Notes: generated by a model not told the origin, from the sequence alone. A stretch of 64,000 bases of DNA from an uncultured Nitrososphaerota archaeon (GCA_963718895.1 CAVRAG010000004.1:160001-224000), one strand, 5' to 3'. Counted from the stretch's first letter, positions 48,490-58,653 are shown. Made by a program: numbers and translations.

Positions 48490-49172
48490 ACCCTCTTCGG
48501 GACGAGCGTGGCTTCGAGTATCTCAAGGCGCCCTGCCATACCGTTCCAGTGCTTCCTCGACGAGATTATCTCTATGCGCTCTTCGAACAATGGACAGTCC
48601 AGCACGAACGTCTCCCCTTCGCCCCCCTCGAGGGCCGCGTGCATCCCGTACTTCCTCTGGAGCTCCACGAGTTGCTCGACCATGGCGGCGTCCAGTCTCC
48701 TTCCGAGCCAACTCTCATCCAGACCGAGCGCGGCCACCCCTGTAACTATGACCTCAAACCCCTGATTGATTATGTTCATGAGGTGAACGCGAGGGTCGAT
48801 GCCCCACAGCGGGGACAAACTCTGCAACCCTAGCTCCGAGCATATCCTGTCGACGCGTGATTTCTGGTAGACGCTCGCCAGCGCCCCCGAGTAGACACCC
48901 TCGATTCCGCATTCGTCCTTGGCCATCTGAAGAGCCCGAGAAAGGTCGCTCAGCTCCTCCTCCTTGATTCCATCGGTGGGAACCATCACCTGCGGTAGGT
49001 GTGCCGACTTTGCCTGTAATTTCGTCCATTGGACTGCGGGGTAGTGATACATCCACGACCCCTCGGTCGATGGACATATCGTAACAAGGCAGACAAGTTG
49101 GTCAGTCTGTTTCGCGAGGAACGCTGAGTAGGCTGAGTCCTTGCCTCCGCTCCATAGAACCGCGACCTTCAT
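48486..49172 (-). CDS. dph6: Diphthine--ammonia ligase (Dph6-like PP-loop ATPase)
   Basis: SGGKDS, SWMYH, SVYQKSR, PLWG, EGGEGET. Confidence 0.88.
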   Translation of the reverse strand: MKVAVLWSGGKDSAYSAFLAKQTDQLVCLVTICPSTEGSWMYHYPAVQWTKLQAKSAHLPQVMVPTDGIKEEELSDLSRALQMAKDECGIEGVYSGALASVYQKSRVDRICSELGLQSLSPLWGIDPRVHLMNIINQGFEVIVTGVAALGLDESWLGRRLDAAMVEQLVELQRKYGMHAALEGGEGETFVLDCPLFEERIEIISSRKHWNGMAGRLEILEATLVPKRV

Positions 49173-49506
49173 GCTAAGAGTTGGGACAGGAAAGCTCTCT
49201 TAACGGTTCTGTCGATGGAATCTCGCGTTGGTCAGGGAGCTCTCGGCCAGACTTGATGCGCATACCATCTGATTTCCGTGCCACGCGAATCCCAGTCTCC
49301 TCGACGTTCGTCCAGTTCTCGCAGGGGCACGACCGGGTCGTTGTCGAGTGGGGTTCAGGTCATGGAGGCGGCGGCTGGGTTGGGAATTCCACAATCTTCT
49401 AGCGGGGTCGCTTCGCAGCAGACACCACTTGGATTAGCGTTTCTTGTGATTCTGATCTCCCTGAAGGAGAAGATCCTGAGAAGAGACGGCTAAATACAAC
49501 TAGATT

Positions 49507-50856
49507 TTGAACGGCGCTATGCTAGACTCTCTGAGGAGCGGGCTACAGGATGCCATTAAGAAGCTCCTCGGCTCTAGTACTGTCGACGAAGCGGCGATCC
49601 GGGAGCTATCGAAGGACCTCCAGCGCGCCTTGATCCAGGCCGATGTGAACGTCAAGCTTGTCCTCTCCGTGACGGAGTCCGTGCAGAAGAGGGCGCTGGA
49701 GGAGAAGCCGCTCGGAGGGATGACGCGCAAGGACCAGATCGTCAAGATCCTCTACGAGGAGCTGGACAGGATGCTCGGGGGAGAGAAGGAGCTCAAGCTC
49801 GACAGAGGGAAGACGACCGTCATCGTGATGCTCGGGGTCCAAGGCTCGGGGAAGACCACCACCGTATCGAAGCTTGCCAGGTACTACATGAAGAAGGGCT
49901 TCAAGGTCGGCGTGGTCGCGGCGGACACGTTCCGTCCCGGTGCCGTCACGCAGCTGAAGACCCTTGCCGAGCGCATCGGTGTGGACATCTACAGCGACGA
50001 GAAGCAGAGCGACTCGATCAAGGTCGCGGAGGCCGGAAAGCGATTCTTCGAGAGCAGCAAGAACCTGATAATCATAGACACGGCGGGCAGGCACAAGGAA
50101 GAGAAGAGCCTCCTGGACGAGATGAACAGCATCGTCTCCAAGGTCAAGCCGGACATCAACCTTCTGGTGGTCGACGGGACCATCGGGCAGCAGTGTTACA
50201 ATCAGGCGATGGCGTTCCACAAGAACTCGCCGGTTGGCGGGATTGTAATCACCAAACTCGATGGTGCGGCGAAGGGAGGAGGGGCGCTCGCCGCCGTGGC
50301 CGCGACGGGCGCCCGGATCTACTTCATAGGAACCGGCGAGAGGGTGGACGACCTCGAGGAGTTCTCTTCGACCCGTTTCGTGGGCCGGCTGCTCGGGATG
50401 GGCGACCTGAAGTCGCTGCTGGACATGGCCAAGCAGCTCGAGTTGGAGGTCGACGAGAAGCGGGTCCTGCGGATGACCTCGGGCAAGCTCACGATGGACG
50501 ACTTCCTCTTCCAGTTCGAGCAGGTCAACAAGATGGGCTCGCTTAAGAAGATCCTAGACCTGATACCAGGCATAGCGGGAAACATGAAGGCCGAGGACCT
50601 GGAGAAGGCCGAGAAGGACATGAAGGTCTGGAAGAGCATCATCCAGTCCATGGCGAAGCATGAAAGAGAGACTCCGGAGACGCTCAACGCGGTGAGGATA
50701 AAGCGGATCGCAAGAGGCTCAGGCAGAAGCGAGAAGGAGGTCAGGGAGCTCATCACGAAGTACAGGCAGACAAAGTCCCTGATGAAGGCGAGCAAGGGCC
50801 GCGAGTTCAGGCAGATGCTGAGGAGGGCCGGAGGGCAAGGAGCCCTTGGCGGATAA
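49507..50856 (+). CDS. srp54: Signal recognition particle protein SRP54
   Basis: [20 protein letters not shown]-domain RIARGSG. Confidence 0.96.
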   Translation: MNGAMLDSLRSGLQDAIKKLLGSSTVDEAAIRELSKDLQRALIQADVNVKLVLSVTESVQKRALEEKPLGGMTRKDQIVKILYEELDRMLGGEKELKLDRGKTTVIVMLGVQGSGKTTTVSKLARYYMKKGFKVGVVAADTFRPGAVTQLKTLAERIGVDIYSDEKQSDSIKVAEAGKRFFESSKNLIIIDTAGRHKEEKSLLDEMNSIVSKVKPDINLLVVDGTIGQQCYNQAMAFHKNSPVGGIVITKLDGAAKGGGALAAVAATGARIYFIGTGERVDDLEEFSSTRFVGRLLGMGDLKSLLDMAKQLELEVDEKRVLRMTSGKLTMDDFLFQFEQVNKMGSLKKILDLIPGIAGNMKAEDLEKAEKDMKVWKSIIQSMAKHERETPETLNAVRIKRIARGSGRSEKEVRELITKYRQTKSLMKASKGREFRQMLRRAGGQGALGG

Positions 50857-51934
50857 GCAAGGATTCTCACTCTGCGACGCCTGCGCCGAGAGACAGGGGG
50901 ACGCGGTGGACTTCGGTCGGGCTCGAAGCCAGGACTGCTACATCTGTCGCGGCCTGACATCGCGGCTCCCTGACATAGAGCGGAACGTCGTTCGTCGCAC
51001 ACTCGGCTACCAGTTCACGACGTTCTCCGTCGGAGTCATAGTTCCCCGAGGGATACAGGAGAGAGAGGACCAGCTGCGGTCTGACCTCAAGATACGCGGG
51101 AGAGAGCCCATCAAGTCCCAGCTGGGCAGGGGAATCTCGGACTTCGTGAAGAGACGTACGAAGGGAAAGGTCGATCGCCAGCATCCCGAGATCACAATCC
51201 TGGTCGACCTCGACCGTGACGCCGTCGCCGTGACGGCAAAGTCAATCTTCGTCTACGGCAGGTACACCAAGCCCTCGGGAATCACACAGCGAAGGGAGCT
51301 GTGCGAGAGATGCAGAGGCAGGGGCTGCGAGGCGTGTGAATCCGGCTATAAGAAGGAGGTGAGCGTCGAACGGGTCCTGGAAGATAGGCTCGGCAAGATT
51401 CTCCGCTCCACAAAATCGAAGTTCACCTGGCTCGGAAGCGAGGACGCCGAGAGCGCCGTCTTCCCTCCCGGGCGTCCTTTCATCGCCGAGGTCAAAGACC
51501 CGAAGAAGCGCGCCGTGCCTTCCCGTCTGGTCGCTCGAACGGGGAAGGGGGCCATGAAGGTCACTGGACTGAAGTTACTCAAGGGAAAGCCTACGTCCAT
51601 CCCTTCGTTCACGTTCAAGACGAGAGTCTTCATCGAGCCAGAAGGACGTATTGAAGAGCTCCCGGCAGGCCTGGCGAAGGCCATGAAGGGTGCTCCCATC
51701 CAGTTCAGGAACAACAAGGGCAAGACGGTCTACAAGAGGGTCTACTCGGTGAAGATCCAGGAGCGGAACCCTGGCCTGGTGGCTGAGATCAAGCTCGACG
51801 GTGGGCTGCCGGTCAAGCGGCTCATAAGCGGCGGGTCGGTCTCCCTCTCCCTCGCCGAACTCCTCAGGACCCCGTTGAACTGTCAAAGGTTCGACATACT
51901 TAGAGTCTGGGAGTCAGGAAAGTTCAAATTCTGA
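50846..51934 (+). CDS. pus10: tRNA pseudouridine 54/55 synthase Pus10
   Basis: N-terminal CxxC/CxxC, YGRYTK, GSED catalytic loop, GRPF, DGGLPVK. Confidence 0.88.
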   Translation: MADKQGFSLCDACAERQGDAVDFGRARSQDCYICRGLTSRLPDIERNVVRRTLGYQFTTFSVGVIVPRGIQEREDQLRSDLKIRGREPIKSQLGRGISDFVKRRTKGKVDRQHPEITILVDLDRDAVAVTAKSIFVYGRYTKPSGITQRRELCERCRGRGCEACESGYKKEVSVERVLEDRLGKILRSTKSKFTWLGSEDAESAVFPPGRPFIAEVKDPKKRAVPSRLVARTGKGAMKVTGLKLLKGKPTSIPSFTFKTRVFIEPEGRIEELPAGLAKAMKGAPIQFRNNKGKTVYKRVYSVKIQERNPGLVAEIKLDGGLPVKRLISGGSVSLSLAELLRTPLNCQRFDILRVWESGKFKF

Positions 51935-52118
51935 CGATCATGGCAAATACGGGAAGAATCCACCTCAATAGGCCTCACCCGAGCTTGTTCTGGGGCCATC
52001 CTACGCCCTTTTTCAGTCAGAGGGGCACACGATTCCTGCTCCGTTCGGTGCTCGTCAAGAAAAGCTTTAATGAAGAAGGAAATCAGGTGGGTTTTCTCGG
52101 ACGAGTTGAAAGTAGAAT

Positions 52119-52403
52119 TTGGGAAGATCTAAGGGGTATCGCAGGCGCACGAGATCGCTGCTTAAGAAGAGCAACCTCGGCGGTTTGAGCAGAATCCTCA
52201 GGGACTACTCTATTGGTCAGAAGGTCGTGATTAAGATCGACTCCACCCAGGTCAAGGGCATGCCTCACCGAAGGTTCGCCGGTCTTGTTGGTGTCGTGAC
52301 GGAGGTCGGAGTGCGGGCACTGAAGGTCGATGTCCCCGTAGGCGATAAGGTGAAGACCGTCATCGCAAGGAAGGAACATATCGCGCCTCTGGAGGGGTCT
52401 TGA
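52119..52403 (+). CDS. rpl21e: 50S ribosomal protein L21e
   Basis: SKGYRRRTR, KGMPHRRFAG, EHI. Confidence 0.96.
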   Translation: MGRSKGYRRRTRSLLKKSNLGGLSRILRDYSIGQKVVIKIDSTQVKGMPHRRFAGLVGVVTEVGVRALKVDVPVGDKVKTVIARKEHIAPLEGS

Positions 52404-52798
52404 TGTCTGAGCCACGCGAGAAGAAGATACTCACGCTCAGCGAAGCGCACCAGATCCTTGAGAAGATAGACGTGGAGAAGGCGGACCAAATCCAGAAGCG
52501 GACCCTCGACTACACCTCGAAGTTTGCGAAAATCACGGTGGAAAGCGCGAAGAAGCTGCGCAAGCAGCTCGAGACCGACTGCGACCTTAGTCCAGAGGAA
52601 GCCGTAGAAGTAATCAACATCATGCCCAAGTCAATCGAGGAGCTCCGGACGTTCACTGCGGGATGGAGGAAGCTTCTGCCGACCGAGACCCTCGAGAAGA
52701 TGCTGAAGATCCTGAAGTCGGCAAAGGAAAGCTGTAGTCGGTTCCCGCCTCCGCACTCGGCCAGCGCTCTCAACGGCGTAGCCGCAAGATTGGATTAA
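52403..52798 (+). CDS. rpo4: RNA polymerase subunit Rpo4 (F)
   Basis: QKRTLDYTSKF, EAVEVINIMPKSIEELR; conserved position after rpl21e. Confidence 0.9.
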   Translation: MSEPREKKILTLSEAHQILEKIDVEKADQIQKRTLDYTSKFAKITVESAKKLRKQLETDCDLSPEEAVEVINIMPKSIEELRTFTAGWRKLLPTETLEKMLKILKSAKESCSRFPPPHSASALNGVAARLD

Positions 52799-52925
52799 GA
52801 TTATATAGCAAGGCGCCGCATAAAATTTACTGGTTCGAAGGGCATGCACACCGGTCTTGACTCGCGCATGTGCGTACCAGTGCATCTTGCGCGGCGGATG
52901 AGATAGAGGAGAGTGTGCCCGATAG

Positions 52926-53483
52926 ATGCTCGCGAACGAGAAGAGATACGAAGAGTTCGCCTATGTTCTTGATTTCCTATCGCAGGGACAATCTGTGGTG
53001 ATAAAGGGCAGAGAGGGTTCGATAGTTCAGGCCATCGGAGAGGAGAGGCTCACTCTCCTCGAACTGCTCGCAGCAGACGACCTGGACTTCGAGTTGGGCG
53101 AGCGGCTGAGGATAGGGAGGGAGGGCCGTGACAAGATACTGAGCGTGCTCGGGAAGCTGTCATACGAGGAGCTGACCCAGGAGGCGAAGTCCGAGCTGCC
53201 GAGCGTCTGCGAGGAGATAGTCAAGCGCAACGAAGCAAGATACGTGGCTTACTTCAACGAACTGCAGCCGCTCACGCCCCGGCTGCACGGACTTGAGCTG
53301 ATCCCGGGGATAGGGAAGACGTTCATGAAGACCATCGTCGACCTGCGGGAGAAGCAGCCCTTCACCTCGTTCGAAGATATCCAGAATCGTGTAGGACTGA
53401 GAGAGCCGGCCAAGCTGGTCGCAAAGAGGATTACGGAAGAGATCTCCGGCGATTCGAGGATAAACATCTTCGTCAAAAAGTGA
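52926..53483 (+). CDS. DUF655 putative RNA-binding protein
   Basis: YEEFAYVLDFL, QAIGE, RLHGLELIPGIGK. Confidence 0.92.
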   Translation: MLANEKRYEEFAYVLDFLSQGQSVVIKGREGSIVQAIGEERLTLLELLAADDLDFELGERLRIGREGRDKILSVLGKLSYEELTQEAKSELPSVCEEIVKRNEARYVAYFNELQPLTPRLHGLELIPGIGKTFMKTIVDLREKQPFTSFEDIQNRVGLREPAKLVAKRITEEISGDSRINIFVKK

Positions 53484-53504
53484 GGACCACCAGCAAGGGC
53501 CATC

Positions 53505-54245
53505 ATGTCCCCCCAAAGACAGGGAAGAAGGAGGGCGCTCGGGCAGCACTACCTAATCGATTCGTCGGTGGCGGCCGAGATGGTCAGGCTGGCCGCAATC
53601 GGGCAGAACGACAGGGTCTTGGAGATAGGAACCGGGAAGGGCGCGCTCACCTTCCTATTGGAAGGCCTATCGAGTCACTTTGAGGCGTTCGAGCTCGACA
53701 GGGCCAACTACCTCGCGACGAAGGGGCTGGGCTTGGAAAACCTCGTGCTCCACCTGGGAGACGCGTTTGCGGACTCCAGAGAATTCGACATCCTGGTCTC
53801 CAGTCTCCCATACTCGGAGTCCTCTAACTTCGTCGAATGGCTCGGCAGGCATCGCTATGAGAGAGCGGTCGTCCTGCTTCAGAGGGACTTCGTCGACAAA
53901 CTGCTGGCCAGGCCCGGGGATGGCAGGTACAGGGCGATATCGGTGATTTCACAGATTTCTTCGGAGGTCAGGTCAGAGCTGAACGTTGCGAGAGAGTCCT
54001 TCGACCCGCCGCCCAAGGTTTCGTCGGCGGTCGTCGTCATAAGACCGAGACGCACGCTCTCTTTGCGGGACATCGGGCTGGTGAAGCTCCTGTTCTCTCA
54101 GAGAAGAAGGAAGCTGGAAGGCGCACTGAAGCAACTTGATCTCAAGCTCGGGGGGACGCGTTCAGACCATCTCTCCAAGAGAGTCCAAGCCCTTTCTCCC
54201 TCGGAGTTCTTGGACATCCTCAAGCAGATAGAGGGAGGTGTGTAA
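53505..54245 (+). CDS. ksgA: 16S rRNA adenine dimethyltransferase RsmA/KsgA
   Basis: LGQHYL, VLEIGTGKG, SSLPY, FDPPPKVSS, FSQRRRKL. Confidence 0.9.
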   Translation: MSPQRQGRRRALGQHYLIDSSVAAEMVRLAAIGQNDRVLEIGTGKGALTFLLEGLSSHFEAFELDRANYLATKGLGLENLVLHLGDAFADSREFDILVSSLPYSESSNFVEWLGRHRYERAVVLLQRDFVDKLLARPGDGRYRAISVISQISSEVRSELNVARESFDPPPKVSSAVVVIRPRRTLSLRDIGLVKLLFSQRRRKLEGALKQLDLKLGGTRSDHLSKRVQALSPSEFLDILKQIEGGV

Positions 54246-54280
54246 ATCATATCAAGCGGGCCTGACGCGCTCAGGATGGC

Positions 54281-55000
54281 TTGAGACTTGAAAAGGTCAC
54301 GGTGACCCTGGTCGGGTCCGAATTCCCGATCAATGTAGGTTACGCTGCCAGGCTGGTCAAGAACTTCGGCGCACGAAAGCTGTATCTGATCGAGCCCAAC
54401 TTCGACCGTCGAGTGGCGTCGGTCTACGCTGCGCACGGAGCGGACGTCTTGCAAGATGCCGAAGAGATAGACTTTGACCTCTTGAGGAGGAGGCACGACC
54501 TGTTGGTAGGCACGACGGCGGTGACTGCAATCAGAAGGGCAAACGTTGACAGGCTGAGCCTGAGCCCCGAAGAGGTCGCGGGTTACGTGTCATCCTCGAG
54601 GTCCGCCTCGCTTGTCTTCGGGAGGGACACCACCGGCCTCAGGAACGACGAGCTCGCGAGATGCGACCTGGTTACCAGCATAGGCACAGGGACGGGCTAC
54701 AGGACTCTCAACCTCAGTCATTCTATGGGCATACTGCTCTACGTGCTTTCGAAATCAGGGATAGAGAGAAGGCGGCTTCCTAGCCTCGGCGAACGCGACG
54801 CTTTTGCCGCTTACGCGTACGAACTTGCGGTGGCTTCGGGGATGCAGAGACACCGTGCCGAGAGGCTCAGGAAACTCGCCAAGAGGATGACCCTCCGCTC
54901 GCAGCTCGACGGGAAGGAGCTGGGCCTCCTAGTCTCTCTCATGCGAAAAGCGACCGGCGCGATATCCGGAGAGGCCGATCAGATGCGTTCGAAGACGTAG
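54281..55000 (+). CDS. trmJ: TrmJ/TrmH-family SPOUT RNA methyltransferase
   Basis: NVGYAARLVKNFG, VFGRDTTGL, TLNLSHS. Confidence 0.85.
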   Translation: MRLEKVTVTLVGSEFPINVGYAARLVKNFGARKLYLIEPNFDRRVASVYAAHGADVLQDAEEIDFDLLRRRHDLLVGTTAVTAIRRANVDRLSLSPEEVAGYVSSSRSASLVFGRDTTGLRNDELARCDLVTSIGTGTGYRTLNLSHSMGILLYVLSKSGIERRRLPSLGERDAFAAYAYELAVASGMQRHRAERLRKLAKRMTLRSQLDGKELGLLVSLMRKATGAISGEADQMRSKT

Positions 55001-56176
55001 ACGAGTCGCCTGATCCAGCGGGTGTTCTCATGAGCGATTCTTACCGGATACTCGAACGGCACCTGAGAGGGTTGAAACTCTGCGAGCCCTGCGGCGCCGA
55101 CACCCTCCAGCAGGACCGAGACGTCCCTGCCCTCTGACGTCCGCAGGGAAGGCGCGACTATTACGACTCTCCCTCCTTTGCGCACAGTGGAGGCCATCGA
55201 GTAGAGCGATTCGGAGTACAGCCTGCTGGCGTTTCGGATCATCTTCCTGGCCTTGTCAAGGGTCGGGACTGCATCAATCTTTGGAAGCAGGATGGGCTCG
55301 GTGACGACCGCGTCGACCTGGACCCCGTCCATGACCGTCTCGAGCCTCGTGGAGTCTCCAACCTTCAGCGAGTATGGTTTGCCCGAGGCCTTGAGCGTCT
55401 TGGAGAGCCATTCCAGGTTCTGCCTGCTGTTCTCGATGCGGTTCCTGTCCCGGTCCACCCCAATACAGCTGAGGCCGGCCATCATCGCCTCTGCAAGTAT
55501 GGTGCCCGAGCCACAGAACGGGTCCAGGACGACCCCGCCTTTCCGCACACCGCTCAGGTTCAGCAGTAGTCGCGCGAGCCTTGAGGATATGGAAATCTGC
55601 GAGCTCACTACCGGTCTCTCGTTCGACCTAACCTGGAACTGCTGAGAGTCAGGCACGTAGAAGGTCGCGCCCAGCCAGTACTTCTCGCCGAGCCTGAGCA
55701 CGACGAAGTCGATTATCTTTCGGGAGGCGATTTCTCTGGTGAGCACCTCGGTGCCGCTTCTCGGTCTCACCAAGTTTGCCTTTCGGAACCCCGCTTCTCT
55801 GACAGCGGACAGGAGCGCGGATAGGACCTCCTCGTACTCCGATTCTCCGGTGCCTTCTGGAGAATACAGGCTGACGGAGAAGTTGAAGCCGTCGTCGAAT
55901 CCACCGAGGAAATCGTCCAGCTCCTCGAGATCGTCGAGCCTTGCTCGTGGCTTTTGCGTTATTGCGGCCGCCACCTTATGGACGCCGGCGAGGTTCTCGT
56001 AACCTCCTCTGGCGTCTCTGAGCTGCAACATCGCGACGTCTTCCCACAGCTGCTCCGAACTCGAGAGCCTATCTCTGAGAAGAGTGCACGCCTCCAGATA
56101 GGACAGGTTGCCGAAGGCCAGGATCGAGCGCGAGCTTCTTGTTAGCGGTCGAGGTATGGGGAAGTAGATACGGCAA
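54979..56176 (-). CDS. Trm11/TrmG10-like RNA methyltransferase; probable +1 indel near 56125 (intact ORF part 54979-56031)
   Basis: SSRLARLLLNL, VLDPFCGSGTIL, VVTEP; frame open upstream (ILAFGNLSYLE) and TTG 56176 below a TTAATTAA box. Confidence 0.8.
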
Positions 56177-56256
56177 TCTGGTGCAAACGAATTCGGATGT
56201 TAATTAAGGGTATTCGCAGGGAGCGCGAGTGTGGTGTCGCTGTTCATGGCCGGACT

Positions 56257-56955
56257 TCACTCCTGAGATACAGACACCGCTGTGACTTCGCTCGCGGGCC
56301 GACTTGTCTCTCGTTCGGACCAACCATGTCTCGTCCTCCGCGCTGTTCTTCTCGATTGTACTCTGAGGACCTTCCTGAGCCGCCTGCACTCTCTCCGGAT
56401 TGTAGGCTCCTTCACCCCTGCGGCCTCTGCCGCTCTGCTCTGGGTCATCCACTGGCCGTCGAGCAACGACGCCAGGTAGAGCGCCGAAGCCGCGAGCCCG
56501 CTTGGGTACGCGCCGGCAGTTATGCCCGCCTGAGCGGCTTCCGAAAGGATTCCGCGGGCGTCCTCCTCCACCTTTCGGCTCGCATTCGCTCTTGATGCAA
56601 TCCTTGCCAGGCATTCGGTGGAGTCTGCAACGGGGATCCTGAGCTCCAGCTCGTTGACCAGCATCCTGTAACACCTAGCTAGTTCTTTCTTACCCACGCC
56701 GCTGGCCACGACGATATCCTCAAGGGTGATCGAAATCCCCTTCTCCCTGGAGGCTGCATATAGCGACGAAGCCGCAATTAGGACGAGCGGCCTCCTATTC
56801 GCGAGACCCCTCTTTAGACTCCGCGTGCATATTCGGGCAGCCTCGTCCGTGGCCTCATCCGGGAGAGACAGCCTCTCGGAGAACCTGCGCAGTTCTTCGA
56901 GAGCACGTCCTGCCTCAGGCCTTTCGGATCCAGGGTCTCTTGACGACGACGAAGC
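56257..56955 (-). CDS. TFB/TFIIB core (two cyclin repeats, no Zn ribbon) with no canonical start upstream of the first repeat
   Basis: RALEELRRFSERLSLP, AASSLYAASRE, KKELARCYRML, GLAASALYLA, TQ...EAAGVKEPTIRR; frame opens at 56955 inside the upstream gene. Confidence 0.85.
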   Translation of the reverse strand, partial: ASSSSRDPGSERPEAGRALEELRRFSERLSLPDEATDEAARICTRSLKRGLANRRPLVLIAASSLYAASREKGISITLEDIVVASGVGKKELARCYRMLVNELELRIPVADSTECLARIASRANASRKVEEDARGILSEAAQAGITAGAYPSGLAASALYLASLLDGQWMTQSRAAEAAGVKEPTIRRECRRLRKVLRVQSRRTARRTRHGWSERETSRPASEVTAVSVSQE

Positions 56956-58334
56956 CTATCGCCAGCCCGGCCAACAGCAGGAAGACCATCAGCATGTATG
57001 CCCAGCCTGGTACGATGGATGTCGTCTGCGTCACGGTGGTGGTCGCCGTGTTGGTCACTGTCGACGCCTGTCCTGTGACAGTCTGAGTGTTGGTTATCGT
57101 GGAAGCCTGTCCCGTGACGGTCGCTGTCGAGATTGCCGTGTTGGTCACTGTCGACGCCTGTCCTGTGACAGTCTGGGTCGAAGTCACAGTCGCTGGGGAC
57201 AGAGTGGTCGTGACTGTCGTCGGAGGGGTACTCGTGGCCGTCTGGGTGGTGGTCGTAGCGGTAGTTGTGGTTGTGGTTGTGGCCGAGGTCTGGTATTCGA
57301 ACGTCATCGTCGCCGTCAAGCCGTTGGAGTCGGTGGCCGTTATGAGGTACGGCCCTGACGTCCACGGATGGGAACCACCCACGTTCGTGGTGTAGGAGAA
57401 GTTGCCAGAGGCCGTGACCGCCTGGGTCGAGGAGTCCATCACCGTCGATGATCCCCGCAGTTGCACCGTGATGGAGACGCTGTCAGGGAGCGCTGGAGCT
57501 GGGTAAATCATCCCGGAGATGGTGTAGGCCTGAGCGGCCAAGAGCGACGCTCCAAGGGACGGGCTCGTGAAGGTTATCCCGACAGCGGTGGTCGTAGCGG
57601 TCGTTGAGGTGGTCGCTGTGGTAGACGACGTGGTCGTTGACGTGGTCGAATGCGATGTGGATGATGTCGAAGTGCTCGATTGAGTTACCGAAGTCGAGGT
57701 GGAAGACTTTGTTGAGGTGGTGGATGTTGTTGAAGTTGTTGATGTCGAGGATGTCGACGTCGTCGAGGTGGTTGACGCTGTTGAAGTGGTGGATGTTGTC
57801 GAGGTGGTGGTGGACCCGCCGGTCACCTGAATCGCGATTGGCTGCAAGAGAGTGCCCTGCGCGTAGAGAGTGAGCACGTAGTTGCCAGAAGTTGTCGGCG
57901 CGGTTATCTTGTAGAGCGCCAGGATGCCTCCTGCGGTCTTGTTGAGGTCAGCGGCAGAGTTGTCAGTGACCTGGGTCGGAGAGAAGGTGAACTTGGCATT
58001 GTCAGTCTGGTTGTTCTCCCATTGCTGGATCTCTGGGACGACGCCCGTGGCGTGCGCGTTGTTTGTGTAGATGAGGAGGTGGAAGGTGCTTCCTGCGTTG
58101 AACGGGCCAAAAGAGATCCCTCCGTTCCCGTCTCCGGTGGCGTTGACGAAGACGCCGATGCCGTTGTTGTGGCACCAGCAGCCCTGGTCGAACGTCAGGG
58201 TCGCCGTGCGAGAAGCCTCCAGTCATCCAGACGCCGGACGTAACAGTAGCGACACCGAAAAGCAATATCGCAAGAGTGATGATGTACATGCTTCGTCTGT
58301 TCATTTTAGATTTGACCTTGAACTCGACTGCCAA
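56915..58334 (-). CDS. Cell-surface protein: signal peptide, GCWCH (CxCH) domain, Ser/Thr linkers, Ig-like domain, C-terminal TM; +1 frameshift at about 58202-58220
   Basis: Signal-peptide frame (58334) and the continuous frame TLTFDQGCWCHNNG...VPGWAY-TM-KRP join on removing one base. Confidence 0.78.
57045..57175. repeat. 41-bp perfect direct repeat (57045-57085, 57135-57175) encoding QTVTGQASTVTNTA
   Basis: gccgtgttggtcactgtcgacgcctgtcctgtgacagtctg occurs twice, 90 bp apart. Confidence 0.9.
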
Positions 58335-58370
58335 TTCGTTCCACTGGGAAAAACAGGGGACGGAAGAGCG

Positions 58371-58410
58371 TACTTAACCTGGAGGAATTATTTGCACGAA
58401 GATGCACCCA
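58371..58410 (-). promoter_or_regulatory. Conserved promoter/operator, copy 1
   Basis: 34/40 identical to 61179-61218; contains TTAAGTA TATA and a GTGC-N7-GTGCAAATAATT element. Confidence 0.8.
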
Positions 58411-58653
58411 CTCCTGAGCCAAAACAGCCTTTCAGGCCGTCGGGTCGAAACCCGTGGGACCCGCCCCCTCCGTTCCATATCCTCCGTTCTACTTGTTCGG
58501 TCCCACAGTCGTATCGCATCCAGAGCGTTCTCTAGGCGTGCTTGACGGTACGACCGCACCACCTGGTCCGTCTCTCGCCGATGAGAGGAAGGAAAGTAGG
58601 AGAGAAACTGACCAGGAGTCTGGCAGCTCCGATATCACGTCTGGATAAGATTC

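Noticed and set aside
49181-49495. Short ORFs between dph6 and srp54
   Set aside because: No consistent frame, motif or promoter; treated as a divergent intergenic region
51425-51450. Pus10 GSED instead of GRED
   Set aside because: The catalytic Asp is retained and, from recall, thaumarchaeal Pus10 proteins vary at this position
52730-52798. Odd C-terminal tail on Rpo4
   Set aside because: Could be an indel or stop-loss; no evidence of function
57560-57815. Repetitive GTN-GTN tract as possible CRISPR array or satellite
   Set aside because: It is the coding sequence of a Thr/Ser linker, with no repeat-spacer periodicity
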